From contig CBDFJG010000002.1 in NCBI GenBank assembly GCA_965248445.1, positions 704,001 to 768,000 on the forward strand: a stretch of 64,000 bases of DNA, in the 5' to 3' direction. Positions 19,197 through 29,260 of the stretch are shown piece after piece. Source of the stretch: Planctomycetota bacterium (lineage in GTDB: Bacteria; Planctomycetota; JAJSAM01; JAJVHW01). Every line of letters begins with the position of its first letter. The first letter of the stretch is position 1. Under the pieces are notes generated by a model that was not told the DNA's origin, did not search any database, and was given only the letters and a program-made list of their open reading frames with translations. The position numbers and the translations under genes were made by a program.

Positions 19197-21545
19197 ATGC
19201 GCCGAATCTTGATCGCCGGTGTGCTGGGTCTGTCCGCTCTGCTCGGTCTCGAACGCGACGCGTTCGCGTGAGGACCGGTCCCCGCACCACCGTGCTCAGT
19301 GGTGATCTGGTGGACGCCTGTCCTCGCGAAGTCCTTCGTCAACAAGAAGAGCGGCGACCTCACGCTGAAGATCGACTACGCGTCGTTCATCGGGTGGAAC
19401 GAGGTGTGCCCCCTCCCGGACTTCGCAGCGATCCGGGTCAACGTGACGGCGACCCCGGTCGGAGGCGGGACGCCGTTCGTAGTCGGGGAGCAGACGTTCT
19501 CACCCACACCGCCGTCGACGCCGGGTCGCCAGCCCGACGCATCGGTCGACTACGTGATCGCCGCAGGAACGCTCTCGTTCGGGGTGGACTACGTGATCGA
19601 GATCATCGGTACGTGCGAGGTGCGGTTCCCAGGCACCGGCCCGGGGACCGGCCTGTACGCCGACACGGCGACGGTCGAGAGCTGCATCGTGCAGCCGACG
19701 CCGCTGGACGAGAACACGCCCCGCCTGGGCATCTGCTGCCTCACGAAGGAAGACGGGCTGGTGTCGATCGCGGAGCGCGGTGACCAGCGCGCGACGTACT
19801 ACCTCATCAGCAACAACGATCCGAAGCACGCGGTCACCATCGATCTCGGGAGCAGCGGTTTCCAGGTAGCGAATCTGCCGGACGGCTTCTCGGTCGCGGA
19901 CGTCCAGGCCGCGTACGACGCGGGTGCGGCGTCGATCTCGAGTCCGGTCGAGGGCGCCGACACCTTCGTCGGCTTCTTCGAGGGAGACGTCCCGGCAAAC
20001 GGCATCGTGCCGAACCCGGCGGATCCAGGGGCCGTCGATCCGCTCACGATCACGCAGGAGGGCCTCGTCCTCGCACCGTTCGAGTGCCGCATGATCTGCA
20101 TCGTCACCCGCAGCAACGGCATGTGCGCCGACGGCTCGTGCTCTCGACGCAACCTCAAGGTCACCGGTGAGTTCGCAGACGGCTCGTCGGCTCTCGCGTG
20201 CGCGATCTCGGCGCACGCCGTCGAGGCCGGCGCGCCGCGACAGGCGCCGCGCTGCCTCTACACAGACACGATCAAGGTCGGTCCGGACGATCAGGTGCTG
20301 TTCTCCCGGGGTCACTTCGGCAACCGGTCGGGGCCGATCCCGTTCGCCGAGACTCACTTCGGCGGGAACGTCACGCCGGCGTTCCAGCCGTTCCCCGGTG
20401 AAAGCTCCACCGAGCTGCGAGGCGCCAACTTCCCCTCGCCGGAGCCGTTCCCTGATCAGGCGTCGGACACGATCGCCGAGGAGCCGTTCCTGGTGGACTC
20501 GTTCTTCGACATCTCGTACGAGATCGAATTCTTCGGTGGCGGCCTCGTCGGCCCGCCGACGCGAAATCGCACGACGGTCTTTGGGATCGGTCAGCTCCAG
20601 CAGGGCGTGCCGGTCGACGTCCCGGTGGTGCTTGTTCAACCCGCGGTGCCTGTGGGGCCGCAGTTCATCGTCGACTCGTTCTTCGACGTCGGGACGGGCA
20701 ACGTCCTGATCCTCGATGCCAGCACCCCCGAGCCGCAGCAGGTCTACAACGGTCCAATCAGCGAGCTCCAGCAGTTCGCAAACGAGTCTTCGCTGGTCAA
20801 CATCCCGCCCGGCACGTGCCGGACGATCTCGAAGTCCGGCAACACGGCTCAGAAGTACAGCGTGCTCGCGCCACACAACCGCACGTTCGTCCTGGGCAAG
20901 AAGGACCGACCGAGCTTCTTCGACGGAGGCATCCCGGTCGTGAATGGGCAGGACACCCAGCCATCGCCGTGGGACGCCGTTCGTGAGGGGATCGGTGTGC
21001 AGCCGCGGTCCCCGAGCGGCACGGACACAGTTCCGATCGAACTCGTCGCACTCGATCTGCAGAGCGTCGATCCGATCGACGTGGACATCTTCGGCAAGAA
21101 GAACAGGGTGCGGGACTTCCACTCGTGGGTCTGCGTCTCGTGTCCCGGCGGCCTCAACATCGCCGACTCGCCGTTCCTCGTACGCGTCGTGAACCTGCCC
21201 GGTAAGCCGGGCATCAAGAAGGACTTCAAGAAGGCGAAGTCGTTCAAGAAGGTCCCGGTCGGCAACACGACGACCGGCATGATCACACTCCGGAACAAGG
21301 GCAAGGGACCGGTGTCGTTCCGACCGCCGGCCACCCTTCCGGCGCCGTTCAGCTGGGTCAGCGACGTCTCGGGGTTCCACACCGTCTACCCCAAGGGCCA
21401 GCTCCAGCTCGAGATCGCCTACACGCCCGTTGGCGAAGACGGAAAAACCAAGGGCAAGGACAAGGTCACCGCCGAGGTGCTGCGGAGCGACAAGGAGAAG
21501 CCTCTCAAGCTGAAGCTGAAGGGCGACTGGATCGACGCTCCCTAG
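19197..21545 (+). CDS. secreted Cys-rich surface protein with in-frame UGA at codon 25 (candidate selenoprotein, 782 aa), C-terminal Ig-like ASH/choice-of-anchor-D-like domain
   Basis: AGGAGG-5nt-ATG; MRRILIAGVLGLSALLGLERDAFA*GPVPAPPCSVVIWW continues in frame into ORF 19299-21545. Confidence 0.75.
19285..19304 (+). promoter_or_regulatory. SECIS-like hairpin
   Basis: CACCAC-CGTGCTCA-GTGGTG; loop starts 19 nt after UGA with G at the second loop position. Confidence 0.55.
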
Positions 21546-21561
21546 ACGATCGAAGCAACGC

Positions 21562-21591
21562 GACGGCCGCGCGCTCCGGTGCGCGGCCGTC
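21562..21591. terminator. hairpin between convergent genes
   Basis: GACGGCCGCGC...GCGCGGCCGTC 11-bp stem; no clear U-tract. Confidence 0.5.
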
Positions 21592-21613
21592 TCGATTCCC
21601 TCAAGCGCCGAGA

Positions 21614-22816
21614 TCAGGCGCCGAACACGCTCTCGGGTGTCTCGGCGAATCCGTCGAGCAGCGCTGCCATGACGTGTTCGGTGACCTCGTCGACCGCCGT
21701 CTCGAGGTCGTCGTTCACGACGACCGGCACGTCGAGCCGGTCGGCTTCCGACATGAGGAACGTCTGCACGCCCCAGATCTCGTCGAAGTGGTCGAGGTAG
21801 CGCTTTGCGCGGCGATCGGGCGTCTCCTTGCCGCGGCCCTTGATGCGGCGGCGCAGTTCCTTCGGGCTGAGCACACCGAGCAACGCGCGGACGACAATCG
21901 GATCGTCCGCACCGCCGGTCTGCAAGTCCGCGAGCAACTCGCTCTGCAACGCCGGGTGTAGGTGCACACCCTCGAGGATCACACTGACCCGTTCCCGTGC
22001 CGCACGCCCGACAATCGCCTCGGCAGCGACGGAGATCAGTCGGGACTGAGTCAGGTACCCCTCGATCAACAACTCGGAACCGGACTGTGCACCGGGTTGT
22101 GGCAACGCGGTGTGCGCCTCGAACGAGGACACGTGCAACGCGGGCGCGAGCCGGTCGGGGACGATCGTCCGCATCACCTCCCGCAGCATGTCCGTGGACT
22201 GTGTGCGGACGACGTCCATGCGGTGCGCAATTCGTGTGGCGACCGTGCTCTTGCCCGTGCCCGTCGAGCCGCCGATCACGAGAACGAGCGGGCGGTCACC
22301 GTGCCGGAACGCCTCCCACGCGAGGTAGCGCCGTGCGGCGGCGGCACCGAGCCGTTCCTCGAGGAGACCGTGTGTGCGGCTCTTGATGTGCGCGAGGTCG
22401 ACTTCGTTCACGCCCTCGCGGACCAGGCGATCCCGAAGCTCGGTGGCCAGGTCCTCGGACTGCTCGGCACCGATTCCGCACGCGATCAGGCTCTCCCGGT
22501 GGCGTCCGCGTGAGTAACGCTGCGTCGATGCGTCGGACAGCCGGATCTCGAGGCTCCGGATGGGCTGGGCCTTCCGGTAGCTCTCGACGACGTCCGATGC
22601 GACGTCCTGAGCCTCCTCTAGGCGCCCGGCCACCAGCTCCCTGAGGGCGCCCGAATCGATCTCCGTGCGATCCGTCAGCTCCTCGCGCACCTCCGACGCG
22701 ACGCGGTACGCCACCTCGAAGGGCAGCCCGGCCGCCTGTAGAGAGCGGGTCAGGATGCCACGCAGAAACGGCACGCGCGCACCGGTCCCCAGGTCGATGA
22801 CGGCGGCTCTAGCCAC
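21614..22816 (-). CDS. ATP-cone domain 2-phosphoglycerate kinase-like protein
   Basis: PFLRGILTRSL and YSRGRH cone-like repeats; GGSTGTGKS, STDMLREVMR, EGVH. Confidence 0.85.
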   Translation of the reverse strand: MARAAVIDLGTGARVPFLRGILTRSLQAAGLPFEVAYRVASEVREELTDRTEIDSGALRELVAGRLEEAQDVASDVVESYRKAQPIRSLEIRLSDASTQRYSRGRHRESLIACGIGAEQSEDLATELRDRLVREGVNEVDLAHIKSRTHGLLEERLGAAAARRYLAWEAFRHGDRPLVLVIGGSTGTGKSTVATRIAHRMDVVRTQSTDMLREVMRTIVPDRLAPALHVSSFEAHTALPQPGAQSGSELLIEGYLTQSRLISVAAEAIVGRAARERVSVILEGVHLHPALQSELLADLQTGGADDPIVVRALLGVLSPKELRRRIKGRGKETPDRRAKRYLDHFDEIWGVQTFLMSEADRLDVPVVVNDDLETAVDEVTEHVMAALLDGFAETPESVFGA

Positions 22817-22966
22817 CGCACCCCCTCAACTCGCTGCGCGGTCCCCGCGTCCTCGCCATCCGGAGACTATAGTGGCCGCCGCCCCGAGTGCGGCGGTGGC
22901 GCGCGACCCGGCGACGGGCGGGTCGAATTTCGGTCATGCCCGAGCTACGCGGCCTAGATTCCCGCC

Positions 22967-24169
22967 ATGGGACCAGAAGGGGCCTCAGGACGCGGCGAGC
23001 GAAACCTCCACCCGCTCGTGCGTTTCGTCATTTTCCTGTGCCTTCTGTTCCTGTTCCTCGTCTCGATCAAGTTGCTCGGCGGCACGATCAAGGCGCTTGG
23101 CGCGGAGACGGCTTCAGGTCTCTTCGACGGCGTGAGCAGTCCCTTTGCCGCACTCGCGGTGGGCATCCTCGCGACGGTGCTCGTGCAGTCATCCTCCGTG
23201 ACGACGGCGACCATCGTCACGGCCGTCGGGTCCGGCGAGCTCTCCGTGGCTACCGCCGTTCCCATGATCATGGGCGCGAACATCGGCACGTCGGTCACGA
23301 ACACGATCGTCGCCCTCGGGCATGTCAGGCAATCACGCGAGTTCGAGCTCGCGTTCGCCGGCGCCACCATGCACGACTTCTTCAACCTGATCGCGGTCAC
23401 GATCTTCCTGCCCATCGAGATCTTCACGTCCGGCGGGTTCTCACTTCACGACGGTGGGATTCTGACCGAGGCGGCCGTGCACCTCGCCCAGGTGCTCGAT
23501 CCGGACATCAATCTCGTCGGGCCCGTGGTGGCCGAGGTGGCGTCGAGCGGCTGGAAGAGCCCCATCCAGGTGTCGGTGAAGTGGCTCACGAAGCTCGTGC
23601 AGGGCATTCTGGCAACCGATCCGAAGAGCCCGACGCACTTCGAGATCGGCATGTTGTTCGTGGTCGCTCTCGGCGGCATCATCGCGACGCTGACCTACAT
23701 CACGCGCAACATGAAGAAGCTCATCGCCGACCGCGCCGAGCGGGCGCTCAACGCGGCCCTCGAGAAGAGCGGCCTGATCGGCATCGTCGTCGGCATCGGC
23801 ATGACCGTGGCGGTGCAGAGCTCGAGCATCACGACATCGCTGCTGATACCCATGATCGCCGCAGGCGTACTGTCGCTGCGCAATGCGTTCCCGATCACGC
23901 TGGGGGCGAACATCGGGACGACGGTGACCGCCCTGATCACCGCGATCGTGGCCGGTTCGTGGGGTCTCGTCATCGCGCTGGTGCACCTGATATTCAATCT
24001 GGCGGCCACATCGCTGGTCTATCCGGTGCCGGCGGTCCGGTTCCTGCCGGTCCGCATGGCAGAGTGGCTCGCGCGGCTGACGCTGAAGAACCGGCTGTAC
24101 GCTGCGCTCTACATCGTGATCACCTTCGTCGTCATCCCGATCTGCGGGATGCTGATCTTCAAGGACTGA
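22967..24169 (+). CDS. Na+/phosphate cotransporter (NptA/PNaS family)
   Basis: Two QSSS and GANIGT repeats, FAGATMHDFFN. Confidence 0.92.
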   Translation: MGPEGASGRGERNLHPLVRFVIFLCLLFLFLVSIKLLGGTIKALGAETASGLFDGVSSPFAALAVGILATVLVQSSSVTTATIVTAVGSGELSVATAVPMIMGANIGTSVTNTIVALGHVRQSREFELAFAGATMHDFFNLIAVTIFLPIEIFTSGGFSLHDGGILTEAAVHLAQVLDPDINLVGPVVAEVASSGWKSPIQVSVKWLTKLVQGILATDPKSPTHFEIGMLFVVALGGIIATLTYITRNMKKLIADRAERALNAALEKSGLIGIVVGIGMTVAVQSSSITTSLLIPMIAAGVLSLRNAFPITLGANIGTTVTALITAIVAGSWGLVIALVHLIFNLAATSLVYPVPAVRFLPVRMAEWLARLTLKNRLYAALYIVITFVVIPICGMLIFKD

Positions 24170-24172
24170 ACC

Positions 24173-24853
24173 ATGTTCGAGTGGCTGAAACGGATGACAG
24201 GCCGCGGGCCCTCCGGCCTGCAGAAGATGGCGCACGATCTGGAACGCATGATCCAGGAGGGCCGGCACGAGTTCGACGCCGCGTGCAGCGTTCTGCTCGG
24301 CGGAGCCGATCCGTCCACGGTCCGCGACGACCTGCTCACGACGGACAAGCGCATCGACGCGCTCGAACAGTCGATCCGCCGGCAGATCGTCGTGCACGGC
24401 TCGGTGACGGGTTCCGCCAACCTGCCGGAACTGCTGATCCTCATGTCGGTCGCGAAAGACGCCGAACGTGTCGGCGACTACGCGAAGAGTCTGTTCGCGC
24501 TCGCGGCGCACCGCACGTTTCCTCGTGGAGCGGAGCACCACGAGGACTTGCAGGCGCTGCGGCTCGCGGCATCGGCGCTACTGGCCGAGGCACCGCAACT
24601 CTGGGAGACGCAGGACCGCGAGGCCGCGGTCGCGTTCATCGCGCGCGCGCAGGTGTGTGTGGACACGTGCCAGGAACGGATGATCTCCGTCTTCAAGACG
24701 GAGAGCTGCTCCGGCGCCGACGCGGCGGCCGTCATGGCGTACCGGTACCTGCGCCGCGTGGCGGGCCACATCCAGAACGTCGTCTCCGGCATCGTCAATC
24801 CGGTCGATCGGCTGGACTTCACTGACGAGCCGGCCGTTCCGGACCCGGAGTGA
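24173..24853 (+). CDS. PhoU-domain protein
   Basis: D..ID.LE..IRR, DAERVGDYAK, RYLRRVAGH motifs. Confidence 0.85.
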   Translation: MFEWLKRMTGRGPSGLQKMAHDLERMIQEGRHEFDAACSVLLGGADPSTVRDDLLTTDKRIDALEQSIRRQIVVHGSVTGSANLPELLILMSVAKDAERVGDYAKSLFALAAHRTFPRGAEHHEDLQALRLAASALLAEAPQLWETQDREAAVAFIARAQVCVDTCQERMISVFKTESCSGADAAAVMAYRYLRRVAGHIQNVVSGIVNPVDRLDFTDEPAVPDPE

Positions 24854-24915
24854 ACGCCGCACCCCAACCCGGTGGCTTGGCGGAACCCACACGACCCGCT
24901 TGCGTCCAAGTCGGT

Positions 24916-26277
24916 ATGCGACTCCCCCGCCCCGTTCTTGGCGCTCTGGCTCTGCTCGCGGTTGTCGCCGCCGGCGCCCTGGCGGATAGCTGGAGGCCGT
25001 TCGGGCGCCAGCGCACATCGGACGCCAATGGCGAGTACTACGTCGTCATCGACGGCAGCTACTCGGACGGGTCGTTCGTCTACGCGCGCCGGGCCGAGGG
25101 TGCCACCCGCGTCGAGGCGGAACGGGATCGCAACAACAGCGACGCACACAAGGCCGGGCGACTGCGGCCGGGCGACGCCGTGCTCGCCCGAGGGCAGCTG
25201 CGGCAGTTGCCGTTGCACGTACACGTCTCGAGCCGCGGGAACGGCTTCGTGTGCATCGAGAAGTACGGAAACGTCGGCTACGGGAAGTCGGTGGTCATCG
25301 TGTCGCCGAAGGGCGAGATCCACCACGAGCTCAAGCTGTCGGATCTCTTCGACACGGCGACGATCGAGACCTTCCAGGCGAGCGTGTCCAGTATCTGGTG
25401 GCACGACGCGTCCTGGATCGACGAGGAATCCGAAGCGGTCGTGCTGAGCAGCGGCAAGCTACTGCGCGTCGTCTCCATGAAGAACGGTTCCGTGCGCAAC
25501 GGAACACATGACGATGTGCGGAAGGCGATCGATCACGACGACCCGGCGGTTGTGAACTCGGCGATCGACATCGCCGCGAAACTCGGCGTGAAGGGGCTGG
25601 ACAGCGTGTACGGCGCTCTGGTCCTCGACGCATCGCGTCCGCTCGGTGCCCGCCTGCGCGCAGGCGCAACGTTCGGTACGCCGAGCGACGTCGTAAAGGA
25701 CCTGTTCCGTGACGCGGCCGAACGCCCGCTGCGCAACGGCGTCACGAAAGAAGACCGCGCCTTCGCGCTGGAGCGGCTGGGCGACGTGCTCGGCGAGGAT
25801 GCGCTGCCCATCCTCCGGGACGCGATGCGCGGCGAAGCGGGCGACGGATGGCACAACGCGCAGACCGGTCTGGCACGCATGGGCACCGCCGCTGTTCCGA
25901 CGCTGATCGCAATTCTCGGCGACGAGGGCACGTCCGACTACCGAGGCGGCGCCGCCCACGTCCTTCGGAAGATGGCCCCCGGCGTCGCCCGCCCGGCCCT
26001 CGATGCGTTGCTCGACACGATCTCGGACCCCGCGAAGTACGTCGCCAACGCTGCGGCGAACGCTGCGATCTCGATCGACAACGAGGGGATCGCCGGCCGC
26101 CTGGCCGAGATCCTCGCAAAGGGCTCGACGCAGGACGGGCGCATCGCGAACTACTTCGAAGGCGTGCGGCACGAACACGCGATCCCTGCGCTCGAGAAAG
26201 CACTCCCCCGCCACAACAAGGACTCGTACGTCGCCGGGCGGATCCACGAGGCGCTCGCATTCCAGCGCGGGCGCTGA
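24916..26277 (+). CDS. secreted HEAT-repeat protein
   Basis: Signal peptide; AVPTLIAIL, AIPALEKAL HEAT-like repeats. Confidence 0.75.
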   Translation: MRLPRPVLGALALLAVVAAGALADSWRPFGRQRTSDANGEYYVVIDGSYSDGSFVYARRAEGATRVEAERDRNNSDAHKAGRLRPGDAVLARGQLRQLPLHVHVSSRGNGFVCIEKYGNVGYGKSVVIVSPKGEIHHELKLSDLFDTATIETFQASVSSIWWHDASWIDEESEAVVLSSGKLLRVVSMKNGSVRNGTHDDVRKAIDHDDPAVVNSAIDIAAKLGVKGLDSVYGALVLDASRPLGARLRAGATFGTPSDVVKDLFRDAAERPLRNGVTKEDRAFALERLGDVLGEDALPILRDAMRGEAGDGWHNAQTGLARMGTAAVPTLIAILGDEGTSDYRGGAAHVLRKMAPGVARPALDALLDTISDPAKYVANAAANAAISIDNEGIAGRLAEILAKGSTQDGRIANYFEGVRHEHAIPALEKALPRHNKDSYVAGRIHEALAFQRGR

Positions 26278-26280
26278 CGG

Positions 26281-26871
26281 TCAACCCTCAACCCCGAGCG
26301 TGGCGCGCAGCACCTTGCGCGCGCGAAACAGCCTTGTCTTGACGCACGACTGACTGACGCCGAGCCGGTCCGCGATCTCCGCACAGGAGAGGCCGTGTTC
26401 GTAACGGTGGCGCAGCGTCTCGCGAACAGCGGACGGCATCTCGTCGAGCGCCGCGGAGAAGAGAGCCGCCGAGCGCGGACACGGTGGCTGCGATCCGGAC
26501 CGGCGGATGACGCGCGGCATGCCCGGCGCCCCGTCCATCGACTCGTCGTGCGCGCGCAGCGACGGGCGCTCCCGCGCCGCCCTACGCAATGAGTCGATGG
26601 CGGCGTTCCTCGCGATCCGGAGCATCCCGCCGTCGAACGCACCGACGTCGGCGAGCCTCGGGAGCGCGCGGAACACGGCGAGGAACGTCTCCTGCGCCGC
26701 ATCCTCGGCGCCCTGGGAGTCGCGGACGACGCGTCGGACGGCGCTGCGCACGCGCGGCTGGGTCAACCCGTACAAGGCGGTGAACGCACCGGGCGCGCCA
26801 GCCCGTGCCGCCGCCACGACCGTTGGATCCGTGCGAGTCGCCCGCGATGAACCGTTCAAGCGCTCCGTCAT
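26281..26871 (-). CDS. ECF sigma-70 factor
   Basis: AEDAAQETF, RIARNAAID, LS.AEIA..LG...VKTRLFRAR. Confidence 0.88.
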   Translation of the reverse strand: MTERLNGSSRATRTDPTVVAAARAGAPGAFTALYGLTQPRVRSAVRRVVRDSQGAEDAAQETFLAVFRALPRLADVGAFDGGMLRIARNAAIDSLRRAARERPSLRAHDESMDGAPGMPRVIRRSGSQPPCPRSAALFSAALDEMPSAVRETLRHRYEHGLSCAEIADRLGVSQSCVKTRLFRARKVLRATLGVEG

Positions 26872-27023
26872 GCCCGTTGCCCTCCGTCGAGTGACGCGGA
26901 GGGAAGAGCTGCCGGGAACCGCCCGATCCGCACTCATCAGGACGGCGGAACGCACGGCGATGATCGCGCCGGTTCTCGCTAGACGCGGACCGCGCGATTC
27001 GCGCCTCGCGTCGGGAGCGTGTG

Positions 27024-27926
27024 CTAGAGCAGGTCGAGGCCGACGAGGACCTCGCGGAGCCGCGCTTCGGTCTCCGGCAGCGCGGGCAGGAGCGGGCGCC
27101 GCACGAGTCCGGTGCCGCGCCCCATCAGACGCCGGGCGCACTTGACGGGCACGGGGTTCGGCTCGTCGAACAGTGCGCGGAACAGCGGGAGAAGCCGGTG
27201 GTGCGCGGCCGTCGCCCGTTCGAGATCACCGGCCAACGCGGCACGGACCATTCCGCCGACAGCATCCGGCGCGACGTTGGCTGCGACCGAGATCACGCCA
27301 CGCGCTCCGACGGAGATCATGGGCAGAGTCAGCGCGTCGTCGCCCGACAGAACCTCGATGTCGCAGAGCCCACGAATAGACCCGACGCGATCGGCGGAAC
27401 CGGACGCCGCCTTGATGGCGCGAATGACGGGATACGCCTCGCGCAGCCGGGCAACCGTCTCTGGCAGCAGGTCGATGCCGGTGCGGCTCGGGACGTTGTA
27501 GAGGACGATCGGAACGGTGGTCGCTTCGGCGAGTTGCGCGAAGTGGCCGAACAGCATGCGCTGGCTCGGGCGGTTGTAGTAGGGGCAGACGAGCAGGACG
27601 CCGGCCGCACCCGCCTCTGCCGCCGCGCGGGTCAGGCGCACGGCTTCGCGCGTGGAGTTCGAGCCCGCGCCGGCGACGACCGGCACGCGTCCGGCCGCGC
27701 GGGCGACGACGCGCGCCACCACAGAATCGTGCTCGGCGTGGGAGAGCGTCGGCGACTCCCCGGTCGTGCCGCAGGGGACCAGCACGTCCACGCCGCCGTC
27801 GATCTGCTCGTCTACGAGGCGGTCGAGCGCGTCGAGGTCGACGTCGGAGTGACCCTCCCCGCCCCCCGACATCGGCGTCACGAGCGCGGTCCAGAGTCCG
27901 CTCATCGAGAGGCGGCCGTCACTCAC
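27024..27926 (-). CDS. dapA: 4-hydroxy-tetrahydrodipicolinate synthase
   Basis: [31 protein letters not shown]. Confidence 0.93.
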   Translation of the reverse strand: MSDGRLSMSGLWTALVTPMSGGGEGHSDVDLDALDRLVDEQIDGGVDVLVPCGTTGESPTLSHAEHDSVVARVVARAAGRVPVVAGAGSNSTREAVRLTRAAAEAGAAGVLLVCPYYNRPSQRMLFGHFAQLAEATTVPIVLYNVPSRTGIDLLPETVARLREAYPVIRAIKAASGSADRVGSIRGLCDIEVLSGDDALTLPMISVGARGVISVAANVAPDAVGGMVRAALAGDLERATAAHHRLLPLFRALFDEPNPVPVKCARRLMGRGTGLVRRPLLPALPETEARLREVLVGLDLL

Positions 27927-28702
27927 CGGGAGCTCTCTCCTCGCGGGGTGCCGCCGACCGCGCGGCGCATCGCCACTGCCATCTCCCGGACGGCGCGCTC
28001 GAACCCGACGACCAGCGCGCGCGCGACGATCGAATGACCGATGTTCAGTTCCTCGACGCCCGCGATGCGCGCGACGGGACCGACGTTCTTGTAGTCGAGA
28101 CCGTGACCCGCGTGGACGATCAGGCCGATCTCACGGCCCGCCGCGGCCGCCATGGTCAGCTCGGCCAGCGCCTGTTCGCGATCGCGCCCGTGCGGCGCGT
28201 CGGCGTACCGGCCCGTGTGCAGTTCCACGGCGGCGGCGCCTGCCTCCCGCACCGCCTGCAACTGTTTCACGTCGGGATCGATGAACACCGAGACGACGGC
28301 GCCGCCCTCGGCAAGCCGTTCTACGACGGCCGCGACGCGCGCAGGATCCGCTGTGCAATCCAGCCCGCCCTCCGTCGTCACCTCCTCGCGCCGCTCCGGC
28401 ACGAGGCAGATCGCGTGCGGTCGGATGTCCTCCGCAATGCGCACGACTTCCGGCTCGCACGCGATCTCGAGATTGAGATGGCGCACGACGCTGCGTAGCA
28501 CGCGGACGTCGCGCTCCTGGATGTGCCGCCGGTCCTCGCGTAGGTGGACCGTGATCCCGTCGGCTCCGGCGGACTCGGCGAGCAACGCGCACTCGACCGG
28601 ATCCGGCCGGTCGCCGCGACGCGCCTGGCGCACCGTCGCCACGTGGTCCACGTTGACGCCGAGGCACGGCACGCCGGTCGGGGAGAGTGGTGTGACGAGC
28701 AT
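27923..28702 (-). CDS. pdxJ: pyridoxine 5'-phosphate synthase
   Basis: [42 protein letters not shown]. Confidence 0.96.
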   Translation of the reverse strand: MLVTPLSPTGVPCLGVNVDHVATVRQARRGDRPDPVECALLAESAGADGITVHLREDRRHIQERDVRVLRSVVRHLNLEIACEPEVVRIAEDIRPHAICLVPERREEVTTEGGLDCTADPARVAAVVERLAEGGAVVSVFIDPDVKQLQAVREAGAAAVELHTGRYADAPHGRDREQALAELTMAAAAGREIGLIVHAGHGLDYKNVGPVARIAGVEELNIGHSIVARALVVGFERAVREMAVAMRRAVGGTPRGESSR

Positions 28703-28791
28703 GCAGGGAGAGTAGCGGACCCGGGCTCCCGTCACCGCCTTCCCGGTGGGCGATCGGCCACGCTCGGGACACTGCGGAGTAGACTGGCCGG

Positions 28792-29256
28792 GTGCGCCTC
28801 CGACTCCCGCTCTGCCTCGCCCTCGCCGCCGTCGCCGGCCTGGTCACCCTGACCCTGCACGGGCAGGCGCAGGAGGAGACCGCGACGCTCTACGTGTCCG
28901 GTCTGACTGTGGGCAAGAAGCAGACGGCGCTCGTGCGCATCCACAACGCTTCCCCCAGTGCGGCGGACATCATCTCGGTCGAGTACCGCATCCGTCACAC
29001 CGATGCAGGCCAGACGCTGTTCCTCGCCCCTGCGGGTGCACCCGTCCGGTCGGGGGAGACGCTGGAACTCGACCTCGGGGCGATCGTGAACGCGCATCGC
29101 GCTTCGATCGACCTGGGCGAGTTCGAAGGTCCGGTTCAGTTCGTAGCGTTCGGGACAGGCGGGGTCTTCCGCTCGTTCGGCCCCGAGACGATGGTCGTCG
29201 AGGCGCAGCAGAAAGAGGGCCGGGCGACGTTCGCTCCCGTCGTGGAATGGAGATGA
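28792..29256 (+). CDS. secreted beta-rich hypothetical protein
   Basis: Signal peptide, high-GC3 codon usage. Confidence 0.7.
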   Translation: MRLRLPLCLALAAVAGLVTLTLHGQAQEETATLYVSGLTVGKKQTALVRIHNASPSAADIISVEYRIRHTDAGQTLFLAPAGAPVRSGETLELDLGAIVNAHRASIDLGEFEGPVQFVAFGTGGVFRSFGPETMVVEAQQKEGRATFAPVVEWR

Positions 29257-29260
29257 GCCG

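Noticed and set aside
24167..24220. Na/Pi transporter TGA is in frame with PhoU (TGA-ACC-ATG) and has a downstream hairpin; possible readthrough fusion
   Set aside because: PhoU has its own AAGGA RBS and a normal N-terminus, the UGA is not at a Cys-like site, and the hairpin loop is about 36 nt away.
26281..26871. ECF sigma without an adjacent anti-sigma as a phosphorylation-controlled ECF
   Set aside because: No neighbouring kinase and no diagnostic feature that I can verify by eye.
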